Positions 43,728 to 55,889 of a stretch of 58,426 bases of DNA are shown here, in pieces (position 1 is the stretch's first letter; each line of letters starts with the position of its first letter). A program made the translations under genes and the position numbers. Origin of the DNA: Macrostomum lignano (taxonomy: Eukaryota); NCBI GenBank assembly GCA_002269645.1, contig NIVC01003035.1, forward strand, positions 1 to 58,426, read 5' to 3'. The notes beneath the pieces were generated by a model. That model had not been told where the DNA came from, ran no database searches, and saw only the letters and a program-made list of their open reading frames with translations.

Positions 43728-46033
43728 ATGGCTTTCTGTTGTCCATCTTCTTCTAGTAGCAGCAATAGCGACGATAGCAGCCGTCCCAGCGATCGGGAGG
43801 AAGCTTTGCAATTGCGGCTGGAACAAATGCGCAGGTAGTTTACCGTTGCGTCCTTTTTAAGTGTTACATTTATGATTATTAAAATGTTTCTGATTTCTTC
43901 TGCTTTCAGAGAGCGCGAGTCGGAGCTGAAGCAGATCAGCCGCCTAGTTGCTGAGGCCAATCCTTCCGCTGCTGCCCCTAGTAGCAGCAGCAATGGTCAG
44001 TCAGCTGTGCAGCAGATGCTGCAGCAGCGGCTGCCGCCTTCGTCCACTGGGCTGCCGCCGCCTCCCCCTCCGCCGTCGGCAACCGCCACGGAAATTCGAG
44101 TGGAAGTTGTTGGTCTGAACGAGCTGCGACCCGTCAGTCGAATTTTGCAATCGAGCGCTTTTCGAACCGAACTTGAAAGCCTGGTTCGAGCGAGCCTGTC
44201 GCCAAGGCAACAGCAGCAGCAGCCAACCCGAGTTCCTGTTGTTGCTAGGGACCAACAGTCTGAGCCACAGCAGCAGCTGCCGCAGCAACCACCGCAACAG
44301 CAGCCGCAGGACCGCTCCCTGACTGAACTCCGCCGTCAGCGCCACGAAGATCTGGTGCAGGAGATCAACGAGCTGCTGCACTCCCAGCTGGTCTCTGGCG
44401 GCTTGGACGGCGCCTTCCGCGCCAGACTCGACCGCGACCTGCGGGCTCGCGCCGCCGCCCTGCCAGACGGTGGCCGAAGGGCGCAGACCGCCGTGCAGCA
44501 TCTGCCGCCGAGTGGAGTGCAGCGGAACGACTTCAGCCACCTGGGCATCTACCGTCAGGAGGGTGAAGGCTTCGGCGGCGACGATCTGCTGGCAGAGGAT
44601 GCCGCGTCTTCTTCAGCTGAAGAGGTAAAACATTCTGTTCTTTTAGATCCCAAATTTCCTAGACTGCCAGTCTCTTCTAATATCCAATATTTCCAAGAAT
44701 CCCAACCCATTCTGAGATCCCATTATCCCAAGAATCCCTATTTATTCTGAGATCCCATTATCCCAAGAATCCCTATTTATTCTGAGATCCCATATTCCCA
44801 AGAATCCCAATCCATTCTGAGATCCCATTATCCCAAGAATCCCAATCCATTCTGAGATCCCATTATCCCAAGAATCCCAATCCATTCTGAGATCCCATTA
44901 TCCCAAGAATCCCTATTTATTCTGAGATCCCATATTCCCAAGAATCCCAATCCATTCTGAGATCCCATTATCCCAAGAATCCCAATCCATTCTGAGATCC
45001 CATTATCCCAAGAATCCCAATCCATTCTGAGATCCCATTATCCCAAGAATCCCTATTTATTCTGAGATCCCATATTCCCAAGAATCCCAATCCATTCTGA
45101 GATCCACTATCCCAAGAATCCCAATCCTTTCTGAGATCCCATATTTCCAAGAGTCCCAATCCATTCTGAGATCCCATTTTTCCAAGAGTCCCAATCCATT
45201 CTGAGATCCCATATTCCCAAGAATACCTGAGATCCCATTATCCGAAAAATCCCAATCCATTCTGAGATCCCATATTTCCAAGAATCCCAATCCATTCTGA
45301 GATCCCATTATCCCAAGAATCCCAATCCACTATGAGATCACATATTCCCAAGAATCCCAATCCATTCTGAGATCCCATATTCCCAAGAATCCCAATCCAC
45401 TATGAGATCACATATTCCCAAGAATCCCAATCCACTATGAGATCACATATTTCAAGAATCCCAATCCATTCTAAGATCCCATATTCCCAAGAATCCTAAT
45501 CTATTCTTAGATCCCATATTCCCAAGAATCCCAATAAAAAAATTCCAATAAAATATCCCCACACAATCACTGCTCAGGTGCTCTCCGTCGTATCCACCGC
45601 CGCCGCAAACGCCGCAGTGGCTCACAGCACCGCTGCCGTCAACCGTCAGCTTCACTCTGTGCAGCGCGAGCTCACCGATCTTCGTCGAACTCTGCGCCTG
45701 TTGCTAGGCAACCAGCTGGAGACTCAGCGAATGATTCGTCAGGAGGTATCGGCCGCCCTGCAGGCTACTGGAATCGCCCAGCCCTCTGTGGCCCTGCCAA
45801 CTATGAGTCAGCAGCCTCAGCCACCGGCAGCTTCGGTTGCCGGGGCCTGTCTGATCTGTTTGAGCAGCCAGGCTGACACTGTGATGTACAGGTGCGGCCA
45901 CCTGTGCCTGTGCTCGATGTGCACCGCCAGGATGAAGGAGGCTGCACCGGGAGGTCGGATGTCCTGTCCGGTTTGCCGGGCACCCGTGGTTGACACCGTG
46001 CGGGTTTTCTCGGCTAGCGCGGAACGCCAGTAG
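43728..46033 (+). CDS. C3HC4 RING-finger E3 ligase (neuralized-type RING; coiled region with QxMIRQEVSAAL)
   Basis: Exons 43728-43834, 43910-44624 and 45578-46033 join in frame. CLIC...YRCGHLCLCSMC...CPVCRAPV. Confidence 0.85.
44690..45535. repeat. 35-bp minisatellite, RING gene intron 2
   Basis: tcccaagaatcccaatccattctgagatcccatta units. Confidence 0.93.
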
Positions 46034-46582
46034 AAGTCACGTGACTTTGACTTCTTCGAACTTTGAGTTTTGGATTTTTAGTTCACATGTCTAATCTGTA
46101 CCTGTCTGATGTGACAATATGTCTGTAATCTACCTGTCTCATCTCTGCCACAAAAGTCTCATGTATTTTGTCAGCTTCTATTTGTAGGTAAACCGAAAGA
46201 AAAGATATATATTTCCTTTTATTCAGATGTTTATACATTTAGAAAAGTAAAGATTTTTTAGCAAAGTCACAATTGTATTACAAATGTTTAATTATAATCA
46301 AATTATAATTTATCATTTTATCCCACTATGCATCGCAAAAAATATATATTATGTTAGAAAGGCTTTCATTTCGTGAACTTTTCGATTTTATTTACAGTGC
46401 TAGTAATTAAAATTTCCTTTTTATAATAAAAAATTAAGCGTCAAGTCTGAACTACTCTACTAACAGTGGCAGTAAAATAATTTTATGCTCTAATTTTTAT
46501 ATCCAGCTACAAAACGATCGAAAACACGTCAATTAAATTAATTAGAAATCAAAGAAAGTAATTAAATTAAACAGCTCGCAAG

Positions 46583-48066
46583 ATGCAAGTCGCCAGTAAA
46601 GAGGCCGCTGTGAGATGCGCCGAAGAGCTGCTCATGTCGCTGCACAATCCGTCAACGAGGGACTCGGCTCTGGCTGAGCTGAGCAAGCATCGCGACGCCA
46701 TACCGGAATTGGCTTGTCTGATCTGGCAGTCCTTTGGCTGCGTTGCCATTCTGTTAGAAGAGATCGTGTCCGCGTATCAGCATCTCAGCACTGGGGCATT
46801 GTCGGTAAGTTTGTGTTGCCTTGATTCTTGATCTACCGATATGCATCGAAAACTTGTCGGTCAGTGTGTGTTTTTATGTTGCTTTGGTTCATGATCTACC
46901 GATATGTATCGAAAAAAAATTGGTGAGTGTGTGTTCTTGTGTTGCTTTGGTTTATGATCTACCGATATGTATCGAAAACTTGTCGGTGAGTGTGTGTTTT
47001 TATGTTGCTTTGGTTCATGATCTACCGATATGTATCGAAAACTTGTCGGGGAGTGTGTTTTTCTGTTGCTTTGGTTCGTGAATTACCGATATGTATCGAA
47101 AAATTGTCGATGAGTGTGTTTTTGTGTTGCTTTGGTTCATGATCTACCGATATGTATCGAAAAAATTGTCGGTGAGTGTGTGTTTTTTGTGTTGCTTTAT
47201 TTCTTGATATACCGATATGTATCGAAAAAACGTAATTAATTTAACAATTTGGTAAATTTGTACTAATGTAGTAGATGCATTTACAGTGTTTGAAACTAGT
47301 TTTATTGATACACTCACTTAGATTAGGTTAGTTTAGTTAAAGTTCGCGAAGAGCAATTAGTCTGCTGCACTCTTGTTTTATAGAAGCAACGCTGCTTAAC
47401 CGTCTCAAAGCATTTAGTTTGATGAAGCGTCTTTGCGCCTGTCACTCGATCACCGATAAAAGTGCATTCACAGCTGTGTCTCTTTAACCCCCTCCCTCCC
47501 GCATGCCTGAGCGGCCTCCTTGCCTATGGAGCCGACTAGCGGAGCAGTGAGGCCTTCTCTAATTAAAGCTAAGGGTTTGCTGTTTGGGTTGTGATGCACA
47601 AATCCTGCCCAGTTGGAGATTGTGCCGGCGTGTGGATATGACTGGTTATTGGGGACTGAGCTGCTCCACTGCGTCTCATTTCTTCTTGATTAACGCTTGT
47701 GTCAGTCCGGCATCTGTGTGCCTGCTTCTCTGCCTGTCTGTCTGCCTGTCTGTCTGTCTGTCTGTCTGTGTGCCTGCTTCTCTGCCTGTCTGTCTGCCTG
47801 TCTGTCTGTCTGTCTGTCTGTGTGCCTGCTTCTCTGCCTGTCTGTCTGCCTGTCTGTCTGTCTGTCTGTCTGTGTGCCTGCTTCTCTGCCTGTCTGTCTG
47901 CCTGTCTGTCTGTCTGTCTGTCTGTGTGCCTGCTTCTCTGCCTGTCTGTCTGCCTGTCTGTCTGTCTGTCTGTCTGTGTGCCTGCTTCTCTGCCTGTCTG
48001 TCTGCCTGTCTGTCTGTCTGTCTGTCTGTGTGCCTGCTTCTCTGCCTGTCTGCGTCTGTCTGTTCA

Positions 48067-48103
<37 letters not shown>

Positions 48104-48140
48104 GTGCCTGCTTCTCTGCCTGTCTGCGTCTGTCTGTTCA

Positions 48141-48203
<63 letters not shown>

Positions 48204-48314
48204 GTCTGTCTGTCTGTCTATCTGTCTGTTCATCTGTCTGTCTGTCTGTCTGCCTGTCTGTCTGTCTGTCTGTCTGTGTGCCTGCTTCTCTGCCTGTCTG
48301 CGTCTGTCTGTTCA

Positions 48315-48371
<57 letters not shown>

Positions 48372-48374
48372 TCA

Positions 48375-48423
<49 letters not shown>

Positions 48424-48460
48424 GTCTATCTGTCTGTCTGTCTGTCTATCTGTCTGTTCA

Positions 48461-48521
<61 letters not shown>

Positions 48522-48566
48522 GTCTATCTGTCTGTCTGTCTGTCTATCTGTCTATCTGTCTGTTCA

Positions 48567-48635
<69 letters not shown>

Positions 48636-48672
48636 GTCTATCTGTCTGTCTGTCTGTCTATCTGTCTGTTCA

Positions 48673-48741
<69 letters not shown>

Positions 48742-48778
48742 GTCTATCTGTCTGTCTGTCTGTCTATCTGTCTGTTCA

Positions 48779-48843
<65 letters not shown>

Positions 48844-48880
48844 GTCTATCTGTCTGTCTGTCTGTCTATCTGTCTGTTCA

Positions 48881-48945
<65 letters not shown>

Positions 48946-48982
48946 GTCTATCTGTCTGTCTGTCTGTCTATCTGTCTGTTCA

Positions 48983-49059
<77 letters not shown>

Positions 49060-49114
49060 ATATCTATCTATCTGTCTATCTCTATCTATCTATCTATCTA
49101 TCTATCTGTCTATC

Positions 49115-49161
<47 letters not shown>

Positions 49162-49328
49162 GTCTATCTCTATCTATCTATCTGTCTATCTGTCTATCTA
49201 TCTATCTGTCTATCTCTATCTATCTATCTGTCTATCTATCTATCTGTCTATCTTTATCTATCTATCTGTCTATCTATCTATCTATCTATCTGTCTATCTA
49301 TCTATATATCTATCTGTCTATCTATCTG

Positions 49329-49367
<39 letters not shown>

Positions 49368-49416
49368 GTCTATCTATCTATATATCTATCTGTCTATCTA
49401 TCTGTCTATCTATCTG

Positions 49417-49455
<39 letters not shown>

Positions 49456-52400
49456 GTCTATCTATCTATATATCTATCTGTCTATCTATCTGTCTATCTA
49501 TCTATTTCCCTAATCTAAGTTGTTGTATTTTAGCACACCAAAGTGCTTTAAGTACTTCTATAGTTCGTATGGGCCATCTCTAATTGCCCATGCACTTTAA
49601 GCACTCTTTTCACCTCTTTTTGATCGCTTCTTTGTTAAGTTCGTTTTAGATGTATTAATAAAGGTAACTTCGCTCAGTTAATTGCTTTCCCTGCTCAGTC
49701 CAGGGGCCGAAATTTTTTAGCACGAAATTGCGTTACCGTCATGACCCTGGTCATCTGGTTCAGAGCTTCAAAGGTCTTCGTTTTCCTTGACTATCCTCAT
49801 GCACAGTCATTTTCCTTTGTGAGACTCGTTTTTATCGTCCTTGAGTATCTAAATTTTTTGGATAGTTTCCCAATCATCAGTGTTTTATTATCCTCGAGTT
49901 CTCCCAGTAATGAATTATCACTAGTTATGAATTGAATTATGCCTAGTCATGAATTATCCCTACTTATGAATTATCCCTAGTCATGAATTATCCCTACTTA
50001 TGAATTATCCCTACTTATGAATTATCCCTACTTATGAATTATCCCTACTTATGAATTATCCCTACTTATGAATCATCCCTAGTCATGAATTATCCCTACT
50101 TGTGAATTATCCCTACTTATAAATTATCCCTACTTATGAATTATCCCTACTTATGAATTATCCCTACTTATGAATTATCCCTACTATGAATTATCCCTAA
50201 TATGAATTATCCCACTTATGAATTATCCCTACTATGAATTATCCCACTTATGAATTATCCCTACTTATGAATTATCCCTACTCATGAATTATCCCTACTA
50301 TGAATTATCCCACTTATGAATTATCCCTACCTATGAATTATCCCTACTTATGAATTATCCCTACTTATGAATTATCCCTACTTATGAATTATCCCTAACA
50401 TAAATTATCCCACTTATGAATTATCCCACTTATGAATTATCCCACTTATGAATTATCCCTACTTATGAATTATCCCTACTATGAATTATCCCTACTTATG
50501 AATTATCCCTACTATGAATTTTCCCTAACATGAATTATCCCTACCTATGAATTATCCCTACTTATGAATTATCCCTACTTATGAATTATCCCTACTATGA
50601 ATTATCCCTAACATGAATTATCCCACTTATGAATTATCCCTACTTATGAATTATCCCTACTATGAATTATCCCTACTATGAATTATCCCTACCTATGAAT
50701 TATCCCTCACTTATGAATTATCCCTACTTATGAATTATCCCTACTATGAATTATCCCTAATATGAATTATCCCACTTATGAATTATCCCTACTATGAATT
50801 ATCCCACTTATGAATTATCCCTACTTATGAATTATCCCACTTATGAATTATCCCACTTATGAATTATCCCACTTATGAATTATCCCTACTTATGAATTAT
50901 CCCTACTTATGAATTATCCCTACTATGAATTATCTACACTTCTGAACTACCCCATATTTCTTACTGCTTATATTATTCTAATTTTTCCAACACACATGGC
51001 AGTGTTGTCTTTAATTTATTTTCCCAATCCTGATTCCCGCTCCCCTTCCCACCTGTGACAGGTGCAGCTATCAAATCGGGTATGCAACGCCATGGCCCTG
51101 CTGCAGTGTCTGGCTGCACACCCAGCCACTAGGCGGGCTGTGTTGGACCTGCAGCTGGTGCACTACCTGTTCCCGTTCCTAAGCAACCATCCTCAGCATC
51201 AGCCGGCAGATCCTCGCCCAGCTGAGTTCCTTCGCCTCACAGCTTTGGGTGTTATTGGCGCTTTGGCGAAGTCCGAAGATCCTCAGGCTGTTGAATGCCT
51301 TCTACGAACCGAACAGCTGGTGCCGCTGTGCCTTCGCGTGATGGACTTTGGCAGCGAGCTGAGCCGCACTGTGGCCACCTTTGTGGTGCAGAAGGTGCTG
51401 CAGGATCCCGCTGGGCTGGCCTACGTGTGCAACACCTATCAAAGGTTTGAGCAGGTGGCCGCAGGTCTGGCTGGCGTTCTGGTGTACTTGCGAGTGAACC
51501 CGAGCGCCCGACTATTGAAGCACGTTGTTCGATGCTATGTGCTGCTGACTGATAACTTCAGGTAGGGGTTCACTCGTTTTTATTAGTCGCTTGTATTACT
51601 CAGTTAAACCATTGGCTTTTAAATCCATGGGACTTAAAATGTATGTGAAAATTGGCCTTCAAATTCTTAGGGAAAATCGGCATTTCAGTTCTTAGGGATA
51701 ATCGGCCTTCAAATGCTTAACGAAACATCGGCATTCGAATTCTTAAGGAAAATCGGCCTTCAAGTTCTTAAAGAAAATCGGCCTTCAAATTCTTAAGGAA
51801 AATCGGCCTTCAAATTCCTAAGGAAAATCGGCCTTTAAATTCCTAAGGAAAATCGGCCTTCAAATTCCTAAGGAAAATCGGCCTTCAAATTTTTAAGGAA
51901 AATCGGCCTTCAAATTCCTAGGGAAAATCGGACTTCAAATTCTTAGGGAAAATCGGACTTCAAATTCTTAAGGAAAATCGGCCTTCAAATTGTTGGGGAA
52001 ATCGGCCTTCAAATTGTTGAGAAAATAGGCCTTCAAATTGTTAGGGAAAATCGGCCTTCAAATTGTTGGGAAATCGGCCTTCGAATTGTTGAGAAAATAG
52101 GCCTTCAAATTCTTAAGGAAAATCGGCCTTCAAATTCTTATGGAAAATCGGCCTTCAAATTCTTAGGAAAATCGGCCTTCAAATTCTTAAGGAAAATCGG
52201 CCTTCAAATTGTTGGGAAGATTGGCCTTCAAATTGTTGGGAAAATCGGCCTTCGAATTGTTGGGAAAATCGGCCTTCAAATTGTTGGGAAAATCGGCCTT
52301 CAAATTGTTAAGAAAATCGGCCTTCAAATTCTTAAGGAAAATCGGCCTTCAAATTCTTAAGGAAAATCGGCCTTCAAATTCTTAAGGAAAATCGGCCTTC

Positions 52401-52976
52401 AAATTCTTAAGGAAAATCGGCCTTCAAATTCTTAAGGAAAATCGGCCTTCAAATTCTTATGGAAAATCGGCCTTCAAATTCTTAGGAAAATCGGCCTTCA
52501 AATTCTTAAGGAAAATCGGCCTTCAAATTCTTAAAGAAAATCGGCCTTTAAATTCTTAAGGAAAATCGGCCTTTAAATTGTTAAGGAAAATCGGCCTTTA
52601 AATTCTTAAAGAAAATCGGCCTTCAAATTCTTAAGGAAAATCGGCCTTCAAATTCTTAAAGAAAATCGGCCTTCAAATTCTTAAGGAAAATCGGCCTTCA
52701 ATAAAACATCCCTCTCTGACTCAAATTTCCCAATTAACAAACCCAATCCTCAGAGCTCGCCAAGCCCTGAGTCTCTACCTGCCGCAGGAGCTCAAAGACG
52801 ACTCCCTGCTCAGCCGGATGCAGCTGCAGCTGCGCGATCGTAAAACTCTGCTAGGGGTGCTGCACCTTCGCCGATTGGCTGAGCGCGTTGAGCAGCCCTG
52901 GCCGCCGGTGCCTCTGCGACCCGGGGCCGCCGCCGTGGCGCCGCTGCCCGCCTCTGCTGCCCACGGAGCTTGCTGA
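46583..52976 (+). CDS. CNOT9: CCR4-NOT subunit 9 / RCD1 homolog, divergent, 3 exons
   Basis: Exons 46583-46804, 51062-51561, 52754-52976. R..AL.ELSK, LIWQSFGC.A.LL.EIV, SNRVCNA.ALLQC.A.HP, LRLT.LGVIGAL.K, GSELS.TVATF..QK, PSARLLKHVVRCY..L.DN.RAR.AL...LP..LKD. Confidence 0.9.
46798..47230. repeat. ~60-bp tandem repeat containing the CNOT9 exon 1 donor junction
   Basis: ttgtcg|gtaagt at 46799-46810 recurs with variants such as ttgtcggtcagt and ttgtcggtgagt in about 6 downstream units; each unit also has cgatatgtatcg. Confidence 0.88.
47712..49510. repeat. 1.8-kb compound (TCTG)n to (TCTA)n microsatellite, CNOT9 intron 1
   Basis: Read directly; higher-order interruptions such as tgtgcctgcttctc and tgttcatc. 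Confidence 0.98.
49940..50935. repeat. 17-bp minisatellite, CNOT9 intron 1
   Basis: atgaattatccctactt units. Confidence 0.95.
51650..52700. repeat. 25-bp minisatellite, CNOT9 intron 2
   Basis: aaggaaaatcggccttcaaattctt units. Confidence 0.95.
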
Positions 52977-53029
52977 CATGGTGGAGGCATTTAGCTTTAG
53001 TATGAGCTGACTAGTTGGTCATTTGCATG

Positions 53030-54215
53030 AAGGATCTCACTCTCCTCTCTGTCTCCTGCCTGAGATCTCACTCTCCTCTCTGTCTCCTGCCTGAGATCTC
53101 ACTCTCTCTTTGTTTCATACCTGAGATCTCTCTATCCTCTCTGTCTCCTGCCTGAGATCTCACTCTCTCTTTGTTTCATACCTGAGATCTCTCTCTCCTC
53201 TCTGTCTCCTGCCTGAGATCTCACTCTCTCTTTGTTTCATACCTGAGATCTCACTCTCCTCTCTGTCTCCTGCCTGAGATCTCACTCTCTCTTTGTTTCA
53301 TACCTGAGATCTCTCTCTCCTCTCTGTCTCCTGCCTGAGATCTCACTCTCTCTTTGTTTCATACCTGAGATCTCACTCTCCTCTCTGTCTCCTGCCTGAG
53401 ATCTCACTCTCTCTTTGTTTCATACCTGAGATCTCTCTCTCCTCTCTGTCTCCTGCCTGAGATCTCACTCTCTCTTTGTTTCATACCTGAGATCTCTCTC
53501 TCCTCTCTGTCTCCTGCCTGAGATCTCACTCTCTCTTTGTTTCATACCTGAGATCTCTCTCTCCTCTCTGTCTCCTGCCTGAGATCTCACTCTCTCTTTG
53601 TTTCATACCTGAGATCTCTCTATCCTCTCTGTCTCCTGCCTGAGATCTCACTCTCTCTTTGTTTCATACCTGAGATCTCTCTCTCCTCTCTGTCTCCTGC
53701 CTGAGATCTCACTCTCTCTTTGTTTCATACCTGAGATCTCTCTCTCCTCTCTGTCTCCTGCCTGAGATCTCACTCTCTCCTCTTTGTCTCATACCTGAGA
53801 TCTCACTCTCCCTCTTTGTCTCCTATATAAGATCTTATTCTCTCCCTCTTTGTCTCCTACACGAGATCTCACTCTCTCCCTCTCTGTCTCCTACCTGAGA
53901 TCTCACTCTCCCCTCTACCCCCTACCTGAGATCTCACTCTCCCCTCTACCTCCTACCTGAGATCTCACTCTCTCCCTCTCTGTCTCCTACCTGAGATCTC
54001 ACTCTCCCTCTTTGTCTCCTATATGAGATCTCAGTCTCTCCCTCTGTCTCCTACCTGAGATCTCAGTCTCTCCCTCTTTGTCTCCTACCTGAGATCTCAC
54101 TCTCCCTCTTTGTCTCCTATATGAGATCTCACTCTCCCTCTTTGTCTCCTATATGAGATCTCACTCTCTCCCTCTCTGTCTCCTACCTGAGATCTCACTC
54201 TCCCCCTCTACCTTT
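53030..54215. repeat. 30/31-bp minisatellite with 61-bp higher-order dimer
   Basis: ctgagatctcactctcctctctgtctcctgc alternating with ctgagatctcactctctctttgtttcatac. Confidence 0.93.
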
Positions 54216-54714
54216 AGCGCCTTTTGCAATTAGATTCAATTTTTATTATATTTTTAACTAAATTATTGCTCAGAATTTAACTTCAGTTTCAGTCAACTTA
54301 TGCTCTTATAATTAATTGTAGTGACATCTTTTCGGACCAAATATTTGCAGTTGCTTTCAATTGAGCTTTTCAACCAGTTTTATAAAACTTTTAGTATCTT
54401 TATAATGTATTTATAATTGTACTCTGAAATTTGCATTTTTTTGTTTACATTGACGTGATTTATGGAATTGCTTGACTAATGCGTTACTAGCTGAAGTGCA
54501 ATTTATAAGTTTATGTTCAAAGTGCTCACTTCTTAGACCATGGAACATCTTCTTGATTTGCGATTGATAATCTAATTAATTACAGGTGGATTAGGAGCAA
54601 CGCATTTATTTACTGGATGAAAAAAATTACTAAAACTTTTCTTAAGAGTTCAAATGTTTTTTTTCTAATTTTAAATAATCACAGTGAGAAAATATAAACT
54701 AACAGGATATTTCT

Positions 54715-55330
54715 AGTCTGCAACCAAACTGGTGGCACGATTGCCCCGAAAATTGCGTCCTGGCAACCAAACTGGAGCCATTTTCACCCTAAAAATAGCG
54801 TCCCATTGCAGTAGACTCTAGCAACCAACTGTCACCCCAAGAATGGCGTCCCGTGCAGTTTTGCAGAAATTTACGTCCCTAGCAACCAACTGCCGTCCAG
54901 AAATTTGCGTCCCTAGCAACCAAACTGGAGACATTGTCACCCACAAATAGCGTCCCTAGCAACCAACTGTCAAGCAGAAATTGGCGTCCTTAGCAACCAA
55001 ACTGGAGCCATTGTTACCAGAACTTAGCATCCTTGACAACCAAAAGGGGTCACAGAAATTGTGGGTCCCTAGCAACCAAACTGGAGCCATTGTCACCCCG
55101 AAAATAGCGTCCCTAGCAACCAACTGTCAAGCAGAAATTGGCGTCCTAGCAAACAAACTGGAGCCATTGTCACCCCGAAAATAGCGTCCCTAGCAACCAA
55201 CTGTCAAGCAGAAATTGGCGTCCCTAGCAACCAAACTGGAACCATTGTTACCCAGAACTTGGCATCCTTGACAACCAAAGGGCATTACTAACGCCTCAAG
55301 TTACCTTGGTTAGCAACCAAAACTTGAAAT
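54715..55330. repeat. Degenerate repeat cluster with core cgtccctagcaaccaaactg
   Basis: Core recurs about ten times with variable spacing. Confidence 0.75.
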
Positions 55331-55374
55331 TTCTTGCAACAAAACTTGCTGTGGACAATGGGAGCTCAAGTTCA

Positions 55375-55831
55375 TCAGTTGTTCATCTCCCCGAAGAGCA
55401 AATCAGCCGGGCTGACGAGCTGCACTGGCACGCTGACGTGCTTCAGCAGGAACTCGGCTACCCGCCCCACTCCAGCCGGTTTCTGGCTCTGCCTCTCGTA
55501 GGTCCTGCCTCTGGCGCTCATCACCACTTCGTCCACCTGATGGTTGTTGACGTAGTTCACCAGGCACACTTTCACGTCGCTGCCGACCAGCTCGGTGAAT
55601 CTGTAGTTGCTCAGGCGGCCTCGCGGGCTCGATCAAACGCCGCGTCCCGGATCTTCTTAGCCCGCCGCTCCTCATCCGGGATGCTGCAGCCGGAGCTGTG
55701 CTGCAGAACGTGGACAAACATGATGGAGTCGTTGGGTGGCGAACGTTCTCCAGGTACCAGCTGAATACCCGGGCATCGTAAGGCCCGCCGTCCATTGGGA
55801 TGAGGACAGATCTGATGATTGCTTGCGACAT
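55375..55831 (-). CDS. Universal stress protein (UspA domain); two single-base frameshifts, probably assembly errors
   Basis: VLIPMDGG...FSWYLEN..(H)PNDSIMFVHV and DEVVMSARG...GVGRVAEFLLKHVSVPVQLV. Frame is restored by one extra C (~55737) and one extra G (~55620). Confidence 0.8.
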
Positions 55832-55889
55832 GGCCTGCGGATGGGGCGGTTTTGGATTCAACTTCTCTTTTCACCTGTTCAGTCACCCT

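Noticed and set aside
44828-45308. Minus-strand MDWDSW/GILG ORFs
   Set aside because: Derived from the 35-bp intronic minisatellite.
47584-49583. 600-aa SVCL/SIYL and QTDR ORFs
   Set aside because: Translations of the tetranucleotide microsatellite inside a CNOT9 intron.
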